From contig OZ024743.1 in NCBI GenBank assembly GCA_964016885.1, positions 20,088,001-20,152,000 of the forward strand: a stretch of 64,000 nt of DNA, written 5' to 3'. Source of the stretch: Eledone cirrhosa (taxonomy: Eukaryota). The notes under the pieces were generated by a model. The model did no database searches, was not told the origin of the DNA, and was given only the letters and a program-made list of their open reading frames with translations. Below are positions 11,101 to 24,529 of this stretch, piece after piece; the first letter of the stretch is position 1; the number at the start of each line of letters is the position of its first letter. Position numbers and translations under genes: made by a program.

Positions 11101-13121
11101 TTATCACAGTTGTATATTAAATCATATATGAAACATTTATGTATGATAAACATCCTTGTAGCCTCACTAGGAATTGAAGCTATGATCATATCACTGCTAT
11201 TCTTAGAAACAAAGATAGAGCACTCTGACGGCACCATCTCATGTTTTTTTCTGTCATCAGAAAGATTTACTCCTTCGATTGCTAAGTGTGCTAGCCGATT
11301 ACACCAACTTGCCCACCCAATTTTCAGTATAGCTATTCTCTCTATCATTACATTTCCCCTTCCTGGTACTGGTGAGTGCCAGCCTCACCCCAGCACTAGT
11401 AACCAAACCATATATGTCCCTTACCTCCACCATGATTATGATATTGTCATAATGACTTAACTTCATGAATAATGATTCAGGAAGGAAGCCAATTAGAGTT
11501 GCATACATACATATGGTCTTTCACTACAAACTATTTCATATCTCATCTTCCATGTAACTGAATATTTTCTTCACAGTTAAAAAACATTGTTACGGGTGAT
11601 TTAACACAGTCTATTTTATTCTAGTTAGCCATTTTCATAAGTAATATTATATTTTTCTATAATTTGTTTTTCATCATTCAGACATATATAATTTACTCTT
11701 TTCTGTACCGATTTAATTACTGTGACTTTGAGGTGATATATTACTGCATTATTTCTTATCCATTCATAGTCAATCATTTTTAGACGGCATCTTATTATTT
11801 ATTATAATTGCTTTATGAAATTAATCATAATGGTGTTTATACTAATGCATTGATAATGACATATGCAAGTATGTCATAACACCATTTTCAGAAACAAATA
11901 TGTTTTACAAATGATTTTCAAAAAATATATTTGCAGTAAAACAAAACAACAAAGAAAATGTCTAGAATTACAGTAATGCCGATAACATCAGTTGAGAGGG
12001 TGTCAAACCACAATGCAAATAATTGAGAGATTTATATTTCGTTTCTGTCCATCCCTTCCTAAATGCCTAAGTTACAAGTATATCAATACAAGTGTTGCAC
12101 AGTGGTTAGTTGATGCTCAGGTTCAAATCCTTGATTGTGTGCCCCTAAAATTCATGTATATAGCCTAGTACTGAGAAATGTGAGCAAGCAAGACATTGTA
12201 GATATGTAACAATATATAAAACATGAAAAAACACTTCAAAGTAATATAAAATCAGCAAGAATACACATTGATATTCAAGTTAATGAATTTCGCCGCCTTT
12301 TAATCTGGGTAAAAAGCTGGGCACATATTTTGGGTGAGCACTAGAGAAACTAAGTCGGCACTGCATTCAGGAGCTATATTGAAAGGAAAATCATGTACGA
12401 CATTTGGTTGGGTACCCCCACCACCTGCCATGGTATGGTTGCCTGTTGTCTATAAACCCTCTCCCCCACCACTCTTTACATGTCACTGCCAATACAACTA
12501 TTTTTGTTTTATATTTCCTGAGTTGGCACAGCTCTATCTTAAAATATATTATTTATTAACGGATAACATAAATATTATTTATATCATATGTGTTACATAT
12601 ATATATCAACCAACATACATATTTATATACCAACCAATAAAAATATATTAGCTAAAATTATTATATATAACTGCTAAAATTTATTTCACTAAAATCTTTA
12701 GTTTCTAGGGAAGAACAGTAGTGATATTTTATCACATTATTCTCTGCATTTCATGCCAAAATGCTAATTATTTTCTAGCTTCAAGTACTGAAGTATTGCA
12801 TAATTGTATAATTAAGAATTATTACACTAAACTTGCAATGGTGAGCTTGAATTCTTCAATATGTGTTGCTTGAAGATAGCTAATTTCACCAAGTCGACTT
12901 GCTTTAGGTAAATTTTATTAAAATAATTTTAATAAAGTTGTGCCCAAACAATGAAATGTGATCCACAATAAAGATATCTTGTTATTATAATAACTGCATG
13001 TAAAAAAAAAGAATATATGAGTCATTAACTATTTTTTAAATACTAACTTTATGCTTCTCTTATGAAATAAACTAACCTACTGTAAATAGTTGGTTAGTAA
13101 ACTTAATCTAGTATTATGTAT

Positions 13122-13475
13122 GCAGCATGGCCACATAGTTGAGAAGTTTGCTTCACAATCATTATGTTCTGGGTTCAATTCCAATGTATGATATTTTGAG
13201 CAATTATCATTCACTATAGCCTCAGATCAACCTATGCCTTGTAAGTGAAATTGGTTTGATGGAAACTGTTTGGAAACCTGTTGAAGGAATATCTTGTAAT
13301 TCAAAGAACTGGCATTGTCATACACTGTATCAAGCTGAATCTCCCTAAGAAGTAAGTGTACATATGTCTATGATATATGCAGTTACTTACACATTAATTA
13401 CATGTGCCATATGCAGATTGTTTGATTGACCGAAAATCTGGGACACTCACCATCAAAACTGATGGAGTTCCATTC
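13122..13475 (+). mobile_element. tRNA-derived SINE (second family, CORE-like body)
   Basis: Head catggccacatagttg...ggttcaattcc, body cactatagcctcagatcaacctatgccttgtaagtg; 3' part shared with 45195-45470. Confidence 0.6.
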
Positions 13476-13749
13476 CATCTGGTTTGACACCCTCACATGA
13501 CAGTTAAGTACAATTAGCAGAGTATGTTGCAAGCATTCAGGTCAGGTTTTAATCTGGGGCTAATCTTCTCCTTCTTTTATTTCCCAACAGACTTAGTGGT
13601 GCTGAAAATGGTCATGTGTGCTGTCTTCTCTCTTTTGAATAACAATAAAAACTAAATGTTTACCTCAACCTTTCTGTCTCTTATTTACTCCAACTACCTC
13701 TGCTGGAGTATTATTACCATTCGATTTAGGGTGAGAAGTTGGAAAAAAA

Positions 13750-13890
13750 AGGCTTTGAATCCCCCAAGATCAACTTTGCCTTTCATCCTTTCTGGGTCAA
13801 TAAAATAAACTCAAGTACTGAGATCAATGTAATTTACTTTTCCCCTTCTCCAAAATTACTGGCTTTGTGCATAAAGTAGAAATAATTATT
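13750..13890 (+). mobile_element. SINE fragment (family of 17069)
   Basis: caactttgcctttcatcctttctgggtcaataaaata...agtagaaataattatt. Confidence 0.7.
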
Positions 13891-14619
13891 ACCATTCTAT
13901 GATGATATCCCAAATCAGTTATAGAGACAACTCTCAGATTGGTCCATGCTGTGCAACGCATCAAGAGGATCTTACATGTTTTCAGAAGTGTAGTAATTTT
14001 CCAATGACATATTACCAGCTCCTTGCTTAATCCTTCCCAATTTCTGGAGAAAGTGACACTGAACAAGTAACAGTTAGTTTCTGATTGGCTACGCGCTTCT
14101 CTATATATTCTTTACTTGTTTCATGCAAGGAAGAGAATTACATCAAATTTACATATAACTTCATTATTTTTATTAACAAAAATTGTGTGCTGCTGGGGAT
14201 CAAATTTATAACCTTACGATTGTGAGCCAAATGCCCTAACCACTAAGCCATGTGATTTCACATATCTATGATGAAGCAGCTGTAACACAAATATTTTAGA
14301 TCTTTCTCTTTGCTTCCCCCTCTCCAAAGTCATCTATCTGATTGTTAAATTTTCCCTATTTAACATACTACAAGTACCAGCGTGATGCACATCCTATGTC
14401 TTTTCAGTTGTAACTACAGCTGTGCCCTGTGCCAGCAAGGAAATTTCTATGGGATTGTTTGACCTGCTACATACAGCAGTCAAATCTCTCAGAATTCACA
14501 CCTTATAATCTTAAACAAAAAGGAAGGACACATTGTATAATGTAGTCCTGGATACATACTTTTAAAATAAGGTAGGATGGTCATAACTGGAACAAAAGCA
14601 TTTCCTGCTTATCTGAACT

Positions 14620-14920
14620 AACAAGTTGTTGAGCAGTGAAGACTTCTGGTATCCTTCACTCTAGGACCACCCCACTGCTCACCACCATTGGTATGAAGTT
14701 GGTTACCCGCAAGTGTGAGCCTCAGGAGCTGGAATTGCTCCTCCAACATGTCTCCCTCACCATCTTCCAGGGAAATGCCCTCTCTATTCTGTCCACCAAG
14801 GCTGCATGGCGGCTAGTGTGTGGGCCCCAATTTGCTTATAATAGTAAGTGATGGGTAGAGTGGGATAGATTGAGGCAGTCATAGTGGGAATTTGGTTCCA
14901 TTGTGTTCGGACCTATTGTA
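14620..14920 (+). mobile_element. 3' end of a CRE-like (restriction-like endonuclease) non-LTR retrotransposon
   Basis: AVKTSG...LLQHVSLTIFQGNALSIL resembles the CRE C-terminal AVETLG...QRLSLAIQRGNA; related copy at 24530. Confidence 0.7.
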
Positions 14921-15552
14921 TATGTATATATTTATTTACCAAACCCAATTCATATGACCATTTTACTCCATCAACCATTTTGTGTCCCTTTGTCAAAACT
15001 CAGCACAAAATTTTTTGACCACATTTTTATGTTCAAAATTGCAATCATTACTACCAAAATTTTCTTTATATCAATCATACATCAACCTCACACATCTGCA
15101 AGGGCCAATAAAATCTATGTATATTCCCTTTTATTGATTCACTTGAATTTTCTATTTAAAAAAACATACCTATTGGTAATAAACTTTATTGTTTTCTTAA
15201 TCTAATAGATCCCAATTTTATTGAACATTTTTTAAAAGAAATTTTTCAGTATTTTTCTACTTTTTTACCCTTCTTTATTAGATATTAATAAATGTGTTGC
15301 TTGTTAAAATTAATTTAATAGTCCTAATTCCATATTAGCTAAATACTAATTTTGAGCAGGTGACTTTTACATATTAGATATTGTGGAAATAAATTACAGG
15401 ATAAGAATTTTAACAAATAAAATATAATTAAATATATATATGGCTAACTAAGAAGTTAATATTCCATTTTAATGAAAATTGATTTTGTTTTTCTTGCTTA
15501 ATTATTTATGTCTTCATGGCAAAAGAAATAAATGCCTCGCATATAGTTTGTA

Positions 15553-16055
15553 TGTGCATGGCTAAGTGGTGAGATGCTGGGTTGATGATCATAAGGTAAT
15601 GAATTTGATGCCTGGGATTAGCAGTGCATTGTGTTCTTGATCAAGAGATTTTATTTCACAGACCTGCAAACTTCTAAAGACGAAAAGGTGCCCCAAAACG
15701 GGGAGAAATGAGACAAAATGAGGAGATTTTACATAATGAAAGCTATATTCATTTTCACAAGAGAAGACATCTCCCTGATGGGGAGAGTTGACAGGTCTGA
15801 TTTCATGTTGCTCTAGTCAGCTCAGCTAGAAAAGATGAATTATGATGACAGCAGTGTTAAACTGTATCAGGCTTTGTCTTTCTCTTGGACAATACTGGTG
15901 TCATAGAGAGGAGACACTTGAATACATGAGTGACTGCTAGTCTTTCACAAAACACACAGCCCAGGTTTGTGCTTTGGAGAGGCAAACCCATGGTCAGTAA
16001 GTCATAGGTGCATAATCAATGGCCACTCATGACCAAGGTGGACCCCATTCCTTTA
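15553..16055 (+). mobile_element. tRNA-derived SINE interrupted by a MITE
   Basis: catggctaagtggt head; body tttatttca|tgttgctctagtcagctcagct rejoins across the insertion (compare 46012-46045). Confidence 0.65.
15659..15799. mobile_element. 141-bp MITE with 6-bp TSD (hAT-like)
   Basis: TIR CAGACCTGcaaactt / gagttgaCAGGTCTG; ATTTCA at 15653-15658 and 15800-15805. Confidence 0.75.
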
Positions 16056-16222
16056 CAGTTTAATTTCTTGTCAAATTGACATGCTTTTCAAATTACTTGG
16101 AAATGCATTGGGCTTAACTTGACTGACTATAGTCTCTTTTAGATGTTTAATATTTTCAGTATAAGACAGTGAGAGAACATTATTTCTTTTATAAATTAAA
16201 CAAGTTAAACAATGTAATAAAA

Positions 16223-16345
16223 AGTCGTCAACGACTAACCCAGCATCCCCACCAGGCCTGCTCGGTGAGGAAGGTGATTTTGGACACCCAGCAGGATGTA
16301 AAACAAAGCCTGCAAAGGCAGGAGGAATTCATGAGTCATCAGCCG
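16223..16345 (+). other. Structured motif, probably a LINE/SINE 5' end; second copy at 59865-59985 (-)
   Basis: ggtgaggaaggt...ggacacccagcaggatgtaaaacaaagcctgcaaaggcaggaggaattc is shared by both copies. Confidence 0.6.
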
Positions 16346-17068
16346 TCCAATAGTGTGTACATATGTTTATATTGAGTGGGTATGTAAATATTTATATATA
16401 TATATATATATATATGGATATGTGTGGGATTGGTTGTGTGTGTGTGTGTGTGTGTGCACATATAAGTAAAAAAAAATGTAACTTTTAAATGATTCTTTTT
16501 ATTTTATTTTATCTTATTATTTCTTTATTTATCTTGAAAAACCTGCAGTTGATACATCTACAATGCGCCCTGCACACACTGTATGACACTGCCTCTATGA
16601 CTCCACAGGGAGTTATGGGATCTTTATCCTTATCCAAGTAGTTACAAAGCAAACTTTGTAACCATAAAGCCATACCTGCACTTCGCAATACATTTGTTAT
16701 ATTTGCTGTTTTTCAATTTTATTTGGTGTGTAATTATGGTGAAACAATCTAGTTCAACAAAATAAGATAATTATGAAATTAATATCACACTAACTAGTTC
16801 TTGTTAATTTGCAGAGAAGCTCAGCAAAATAGCATTCACTGCAATAATGATTTGACAATAACATGTTGACATTAAAAAAAAGAAAAATATGATGTGAAGC
16901 ATAGTAAATAGTGTCAAACTTTCTTATTGTTCAATGTAACTATCTGTGGTTTCATTCAACAGTGAGAATAAAGCAGTGTTCATCAATGTTATCATATATA
17001 TATACAGTACTATACACAGTCCACCAGCAAGTGGCTTAAAAAATACATGTAGTACTTTGAAAAATAAT

Positions 17069-17254
17069 TGTTTCTACTTTTGGCACAAGGCCAGCAATTA
17101 ACCAGTGCATTACTGGTACTTTATTTTATCGACCCCGTACGGATGAAAGGCAAAGTTAACCTCGGCGGGATTTGAACTCAGAATGGCTAAGGCCGTAACT
17201 CTATGCGTCGAAGCCTGGCGTCCGACTCTCTACCGATACTGCCAATCCCGCCTT
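17069..17254 (-). mobile_element. Full-length tRNA-derived SINE
   Basis: A box TGGCAGTATCGG, B box GTTCAAATCC, core GCCTTTCATCCGTACGGGGTCGATAAAAT; 17-bp TSD gtactttgaaaaataat (17052-17068, 17255-17271). Confidence 0.92.
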
Positions 17255-17749
17255 GTACTTTGAAAAATAATGTGTAGTTCTTCCAACAAAACATTTCTTG
17301 AATAAAGTTAATTAATTCACCTTGGTTAGCACAAGTAATGATAATATAGTTTATATTTATAATAGATTTGTAATGTTAGTCCCATGTGCTAAAACTGCAT
17401 ATAGAGTACTTTTGTGTGTAACATGACTATTGTAAAGCTAGTCAATAAGAAATAGAAAAAGATTATTCTACACATTTTTCAAAATATCATAATTATCTTA
17501 TAAATGGGATATTTCATCTGTAAGTCTCTTCAAACTTGGGGAATAGCCACATATCATGTTACAGTTGATTTGAGGCTATCATATTAGTAACAAACAATAA
17601 TAAAGGAATGTTCAGTATACTACTTACAAGTATGTTTACTAACACTGAGAAAGTTCAGCTTTACAGCAAGTTATGTGAAGTTCAAATGTTAGACGTTATT
17701 TCTAGTTTCATCTATAATTCTTTAACTAGAATTTTTACTTCTTGGAAAA

Positions 17750-17851
17750 TAATTGTTTCTACTTTTTGCACAAGGCCAGCAATTACCCAGTGTATTACTG
17801 GTACTTTATTTTATCGACCCCATAAGGATGAAAGGCAAAGTTAACCTCGGC
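17750..17851 (-). mobile_element. 5'-truncated SINE (family of 17069)
   Basis: Near-identical to 17069-17168. Confidence 0.85.
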
Positions 17852-17926
17852 AATGAATGTTTCCCTAAATAATCTGCCTTTTGATAACAGACTAATTATA
17901 TATATATATATATATATATACATAAA

Positions 17927-18126
17927 CAAGGGGGTGCTCAACAGTTCCTAGCTTTGGATAAAAGAAAATACAGGAGGGTCAGTTAATTGCGATTTTATTC
18001 AACATATTCCCCTCTCAGATTCACACACAGTGGTCCTACCTCCCCTGTAAAGGTAACAGCTCTACCCTTTTGCAGCAGCTCTACCCTAAAAGATAAAAGA
18101 CAGGAACTTCTCAGCTCCCCCTCCTG
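17927..18126. mobile_element. Mariner-type MITE
   Basis: Degenerate TIR caagggggtgctcaacagttcctagcttt / aaagacaggaacttctcagctcccc, ending next to TA. Confidence 0.6.
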
Positions 18127-19219
18127 TATATATATATATATATATATTTAATTTTAGTAATTAAAATGTAAATATGGTTAATTATATGACAGGCAGTTAA
18201 TTGGTTGTGAATCCACTTAATTATGCCCCTGAGCAAAATACTTCATATATCTTAATTCCATTAGTAGATGTAAACAGATGCGAACATCTGAAAATGCCAC
18301 TACCTTTGATAGCTCCAGCAACCTATACAGGAAAAGGATGAGTCATTTATCATTTCTGAGAGTTTTCCATAAAATTAAAACCAAATCAGTGTGATGTAAT
18401 TGGTAGCATGTGTGCTAGATAAGCAGGAAGTGCTTGGTTCTCATTAATGACGTTGTGTTCTTTTATAAACAAATAAACCAGATTTAAAAACAGATTACTT
18501 TTAAGGCTTAATAATGTGTTTTGATAAGGAAGTGGGTGATACACCATAGAAATAAATCCAATGTATTACTGGCATAAGACTTAGTGATAATACAGAAATG
18601 AAATAACTGTCAATTCTAATGAGAACAGAACTCAGAATAAGAAGCCAGTAGCAAACTTTGAGTAATATAAACATAACATAAAACAGATTTTCTGGTTCTA
18701 TATTATCAAGTACATCACATTATTCTATGTAATAATACATCATATATTATTATGAAGTTAATGCACGTATCACTATATTAGTATATTTTAATGGTCACAG
18801 AATATCTGAAAAAAATTCTAGCCATATACTTTTCTGTCAAAAGTAAACAAGTTCTAGTATATCACTGAAAAACAAATAAAATAAATATATATATATATAC
18901 AGAGATTAGTTGCAAATTCCCCGAGTCATTAAAATGAAATCAGAGATAACTTGTCACATCAATGTTAAGCCTAACAGCAGTTAAATAATGTTGTTCATTG
19001 AAAATCTTTTCTTGCTACTGTGTGGTATTGGAATTGCCAGACTGAAAGACTTCTTGCATAACAACAGCTTGAATAGAATCACATAATGATATGTGTAAGG
19101 ATTATATGGCAGCATAAAAATTATAATAGTAGAAATAGCTGAATAGGTCTCAGAATGAGAGATAAAAAAAAGTAAGATATATTATATGCCAAGTGGTGTA
19201 TCCATATGCATATATGTGA

Positions 19220-19258
<39 letters not shown>

Positions 19259-19384
19259 TGCATGTATGTGTGTATAAATGCATATATATATATATACATA
19301 TATATGAACATAAATATGCACACACACATAAACATAATATCTATATATGTTTGTGTATGTATACATACATTTATATGAATAGTA

Positions 19385-20200
19385 CTGTACATCGTGTCAT
19401 AGTGGCTAAGAGACAAGCTTAGAAAACTGGAAGAAAGCAGGCTGCAGTGAATAATATCAAGTATCAAGAAGAGAAGCTAAATGTAAAGTGTACTTAACAA
19501 GGAGGAAAGCTAACAACGAGAGGTTTCCACATGTTATGCAGCATGATGTGTTTCAGTTTAAAGAAAATATACTAGAGAGAATCAAGAGATCTTTGAGGGA
19601 AACTGTGTATAGAATGAAAGTGACACGCTTGTTCTTAATGACACTGAAAACAAGAATAAATGGAAAAGAGAGAACATATTCCAAACAGACCCCAAAACAC
19701 AGGATCCAGGTATTCTAGTTGATAACAACATTGCTTCAAGCACAATTAAGAATATGAAACCAGGTGGTCTACATGGAGTAGTTTATCATTTAAACCAGCC
19801 ATTTCACCTCTTTCTGTTCAAACCGGCCGTAACTGGCTGCTCATACTTATCATAAGGTATTGTTATCAAAATAAAATATCAAAACTTCGTAGATTCGATA
19901 TTATGTGAGATAAAGTGTTTAGTGTGAAAATACAATAGTAAATATAGAGTAATGTAAATGCTAAAGGGTGAATTAGAAGTCAACCAGATAATATAAGATA
20001 TCATACCCAATGACTGGTATGGTAATACCATTATCAACTGTTGCAAGGTTTAGGGGATACACTGGGGAGGTGATTACAAAAGCATCAAACTGTTGGACCA
20101 GATTATGAACACAGAATTAGCCTAACTGAAATGTAGTTCAACCTTGTGCTAGGAAAAGGAATATCAAGAGAGAAATGAATAAATAGAATTATTTAAAAAC
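19385..20200 (+). pseudogene. Decayed RTE LINE, RT N-terminal region
   Basis: Remnants of IPNDW, KGD and YKSIKLLDQIM motifs, homologous to the minus-strand RTE at 26400-26900. Confidence 0.5.
19782..19968. mobile_element. piggyBac-type MITE (family of 5624), no SINE insertion
   Basis: Collinear with 5627-5954; right TIR taaatgctaaaggg. Confidence 0.75.
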
Positions 20201-20240
20201 TACTAAAACAGGCCTAACCACAGAATACACTGATAGAAAG

Positions 20241-20242
<2 letters not shown>

Positions 20243-20271
<29 letters not shown>

Positions 20272-20810
20272 CTTCCTTGCTCACTTTTATTCCTGAGAGA
20301 GCCGTGGGGGAAGAGTTCTCAAATGCTTCTTACAGCAGGTCCTGTCAGAAGCAACCATTTCCAACTGATCCAGCTGGATACCCAAGCATGACCAGCCAAG
20401 CTCATGGATATTATCCAACCATCTTGCTTGGAGTCTACCTCTGGGTCTCCTGGCAGTTTGTTTTGCCCATAAAATCTATCCAGCAATTCTTTCCTGAGAC
20501 ATTCTAACCACATGCTTTTCATATAAGGTCTGTAATTTCTCAATTCGGAGAAGTAGCAGCACTATCTGGAGTGACTCTCTGATCTACACACTTTATCGAG
20601 TTATATTACTCCAAAGACCCTTCGAAGGAACTCCATTTTGGCCGCTTGTATTTGAGATCGTTTTCTTTCAGTCATTACCTAAGATTCATGACCATAGGTA
20701 AGGGGTTGGCATGAATACCGAATTGAAGATAGTGAGTTTGGTTTTTACACCTACCTCCCTTCTTCTGATTACTGAATGATGAAGCTGGCCAATTACTGCA
20801 CCAGCTCCTG
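20243..20810 (-). mobile_element. 3' portion of an RTE LINE with a (GAA)n tail
   Basis: (CTT)n at 20242-20275; minus-strand C-terminal remnant RWLDNIHELGWSCLGIQLDQLEMVASDRT. Confidence 0.7.
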
Positions 20811-20961
20811 CAAAGATAGACATTGAATATATTTAAGCCAAATATTATTGAAGGTTCATAGAAACAAATACAACCTACATTCTATTAAATATAGGTGAAA
20901 AGATAAAAAGCAAAGTAAAATTAAAAGGTTATATGGAAGAAATTCTATGAAATAAGAAGCA

Positions 20962-22072
20962 CAGGGCTACTCAGTTTGTTGAAGATATTTGCATAAATAT
21001 AGTAAAAAACACATTAGTCATGAAAGAAAAAGATTTATTTGAGGAAACATTGGCATGAATAATTTTGAGATATGTCTTGATGTATCTACTCAAGGAATCC
21101 ACCACTAACATCGAAGACTGCTTCAATACAAGTTCTGAAATGTTGATATGTCTGAATGAGATTATCTTTATCTATTTTGGACATTGTGCTAGTTATGGTG
21201 GACATCAGAAGTTTTATAGTGTTATAGGAGCATTGATCAACTTCGCTTTCAGCTACACCACATATGTAGTAGTCCAATGGATTCAGGTCTGGAGAGTGAG
21301 GTGGCCATATGTTTGGTGTAACGTGATTGTGGAGATTGTAACTCATCCATTCTTGGCTCATCTTGACAGTGCAGAATCTTGTTGTTAAGTTTACAAACTT
21401 CCTTTGCCAATGCTCTCTGTCCCTAACCTCCCACTCTTCTCCAACCCTACCCTATTGTCAACAGTATTGACCCTTAAGCCCTTAGGAAGGAGGTGAGCAA
21501 GTATAACATCACCCTCTTTGCTCATGACTCCCTAAACCTCCACAGTTGCCAGACACATTGTGTGCATGACTGTTGGGATGCCTTTGGGGTCTCTTCATAA
21601 CCCTCTCTCATTTCTTCAATTGACCTTTTGATGAAAGTGTTTCTCATCGTTTCAACTTGCTCAACAGGCACTTTGCCTGAATCAGACTTTTGTCTTCCCA
21701 AACATAAGTTGGCCTCTGCATCACATACAAATTGTATTGAAGGTCCTCATGCACAATTCTTTCTAGAGTTCTTATGGATAATTTCCTGCACCATTCGTAC
21801 AAATGTGGGAGTTCTCATAATATAGCAGCCATTTTACATTTGGCTACTGCTGTAGATACTGCTGTAGAATCTCTGTAATTGGCTTTCAGGAAGTGAGCCA
21901 TGTCTAAATCACTATGCTCTGCCTGTAAGAAAACGATTACAGCTTGTCTTTTCATTTGCTGAGTTAGCTTGATGTCTTTCATCATTTATCTTTAAAAGAA
22001 TTATAATCAGAGCAAATTTGAGAACAATTAGAGCTATTAATAGACATGTTCTCAAAGAACTGAGCAATCCTG
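20962..22072 (-). mobile_element. Tc1/mariner (maT/DD37D-like) transposon with decayed transposase
   Basis: WPPHSPDLNPLDYYICG motif (ORF 21086-21361); TIR cagggctactcagtt / aactgagcaatcctg followed by TA. Confidence 0.8.
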
Positions 22073-22864
22073 TATATAAAGCCGGCATATAGGAAGTTTA
22101 AAATTAAAGCTAAGTTTAGAATTTGTATGGGATCTTATTTTACTGAGGAAAGAAAAAGACATTACAATATAATCTATCATGACATTCAGGTTATGTTGTT
22201 AACATGACAGATAATTTAAAAGCTATGACTATTTAGCATGACAGCTAAATCTTCAGGTTGGATGTATAAATATGTATTAACAAATGTTTATAAATATATG
22301 TAAATAAATATTTAATGAAAAATATAATTCTCTTAAAGAAGAAAATTCCATGTCTCCTTTCTTCCTTAATTTTCTAGCCACTGTATAAGTTATGCATTTG
22401 TTAAAGATAGGTTAATTAACTGACATGCTAATAGAATTTATTCAAAATGTTTTCATTTCGATATTGTGACATATGTAAAAGTTTCAATATACTTCTCACA
22501 TTTTATCGGAGGTCAGAAATAAAAAAAATACACAACATAATTATCTGGGTCAAATTTAAAAACAACAAAAGAGCAATATGGTAAAGAAAAGAAAACAAAA
22601 TTAAGAGAAGACATGTACAAGAATATCTAGAATGTTAGAAAAATACCAATAAGTCTAATAACTGTCAAGATTATGGGGATGATAAGATAATTGTTTTGAT
22701 TTTGAATAAAATGACAGTCAAATCCCAAAAAGGAAACATCTGATTCAACAAATATGATTGGTAAGTGGAATGCAATGCATTAAGAATGATTTTAAATGGA
22801 ATGTAGAGAAGTCAGTTTAACTGTTATCTATCTTACGTCTGTTAAATGAACTACGTGAAATAAG

Positions 22865-23375
22865 TATACACGTTGCTATATTGATCGACTAAAAAACACC
22901 CAGACTACCAGACTATTGTTTATATGTAATTAAATATCTATATTAGCTTTATAGTAAATATATGCAGCATTTATTCATTTTATCAACTATAGTCTATCAA
23001 TAATCAGGTCGTTTAACTTAATCAAAGATCGCTACAAACATTTAGCTGTCGTTTATCTAGTTTATCAAAGAAAATAACCATAGAAGCTGTGTATAATAAT
23101 GTAATGAAAGTAATCATTATAACAGCTATATTTTAGGTATGACATTATAAGTGTATAACGTTAGTGACCGCTATATGTAAAATTAAGTTGTTTATATTCT
23201 TCAATGAAAAATAAACGATAATTTAAAAGAATATACTCTAAGCCAGCAAAATATATCGCTAACTACTGAGTATTTTTATTTTACTCACTTAGAAGGAGCA
23301 ATATTTTGATGGTGTATTTTTAGGTTTTACTCTATAACTTTTATCATTATCAGAAAATAATTAATTTTCATTAGA
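22865..23375 (+). repeat. Unclassified ~500-bp interspersed repeat; inverted copy at 34640-35130
   Basis: e.g. tattagctttatagtaaatatatgcagcattta and ttaacttaatcaaagatcgct recur reverse-complemented at ~35040-35072 and ~34981-35001. Confidence 0.8.
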
Positions 23376-23478
23376 CGAAATCTGTCGAAGTGTCTATGCA
23401 AGTGAATCAAATAATAATCTGTTATGGATACACACATACACAGACACAAGCCAAAATCAGAGATATATGAGAATACTG

Positions 23479-24284
23479 TGTTGTGTTGGAATGTGATAAA
23501 TCAAATGGGGAATGGGACAAAATACGAACAGACAGGACAATAGAGAAAAGGGCAAAAAAAAACAGATAAACGTAATAGGCACAAGGAATACAAGGAAAAT
23601 TCCCATCTTCAGCTGACTCCACTAAACTCATGATTTTTTGGTAAGCAAACAGTCAAGAAAGCATAGCTTAGAATCCTATCATGACAACATTTAGGCATTG
23701 TTTGGAAGAGATGAACAATACAAGAAACAGAATACATGTGTGGACGATCCACAGTTTGTTGAACTTGCATGTTTGTCTGTCTATGCATCATCTACACATG
23801 TATTCTGCCATGCTGTTCATCTTTTCTGAACAACACCTTCCATATTTGGACATTTAGAGAAGCAGCTGAAAATCGAAGTTTTTCTGTACTCAATAGTTTA
23901 AGTTTAATTTCACAGTTGTATAAATAACGTTACAAATTGGAGTGAAAATATGAACACATATAAATAAATTTACAGTAGAATAACATAACAGATATGTTTT
24001 AAATATATACATAAAAACATTACAAATGCTTAAATAACATTATACATTGCTTGCGATTCTTTCAGAAGGATACATTCCTTTAATGTTGCAATATTAAAGA
24101 AAATATAAAGGAAGGGTGGACAACCAAGCCACCATCAGAACAAAAGACAGCAGCGTCGCGAGGAGTACTGGGCTTGTTACATCTGTTACATTGTCCAATT
24201 TTTTCGTCCGTTTCTGTATTGTCCTCTCTGTTTGTATTTTCACCCATCCCACTTGTTTCTTTGCATTGATTTATATATACAACA
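23479..24284. repeat. Diverged inverted-repeat pair (23479-23585 and 24170-24284)
   Basis: aaatacgaacagacaggacaatagagaaa versus the reverse complement of tttctgtattgtcctctctgtttgtattt; TGTTG...CAACA ends; no clear TSD. Confidence 0.5.
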
Positions 24285-24529
24285 CTAACTTTTGGTATAC
24301 TGGGGACCGCCAACCCATATAATCAAAATACAAGTGTCTGCAACTTATACAATATGGAGCTGTATTACATAATCACTGAAAAAATCCTGCTAAGTAGCAA
24401 TCTTGAACGTGTTTTCAATTGTAGGCATAAAATCTCAAATATATTTTCCTACTATTGACCCAACTAGCATACGGTTCAATCCAGTAATCAATCCAATGTT
24501 TTAAATCAATCCCATTACTGCACTAGGGC

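Noticed and set aside
17069-17254. tRNA gene
   Set aside because: A/B boxes are present, but with a SINE body, TSDs and more than ten copies in the window.
19121-19467. ORFs rich in YI/HT/CV (also 46831-47184 and 52451-52707)
   Set aside because: (TA)n/(CA)n microsatellite translations.
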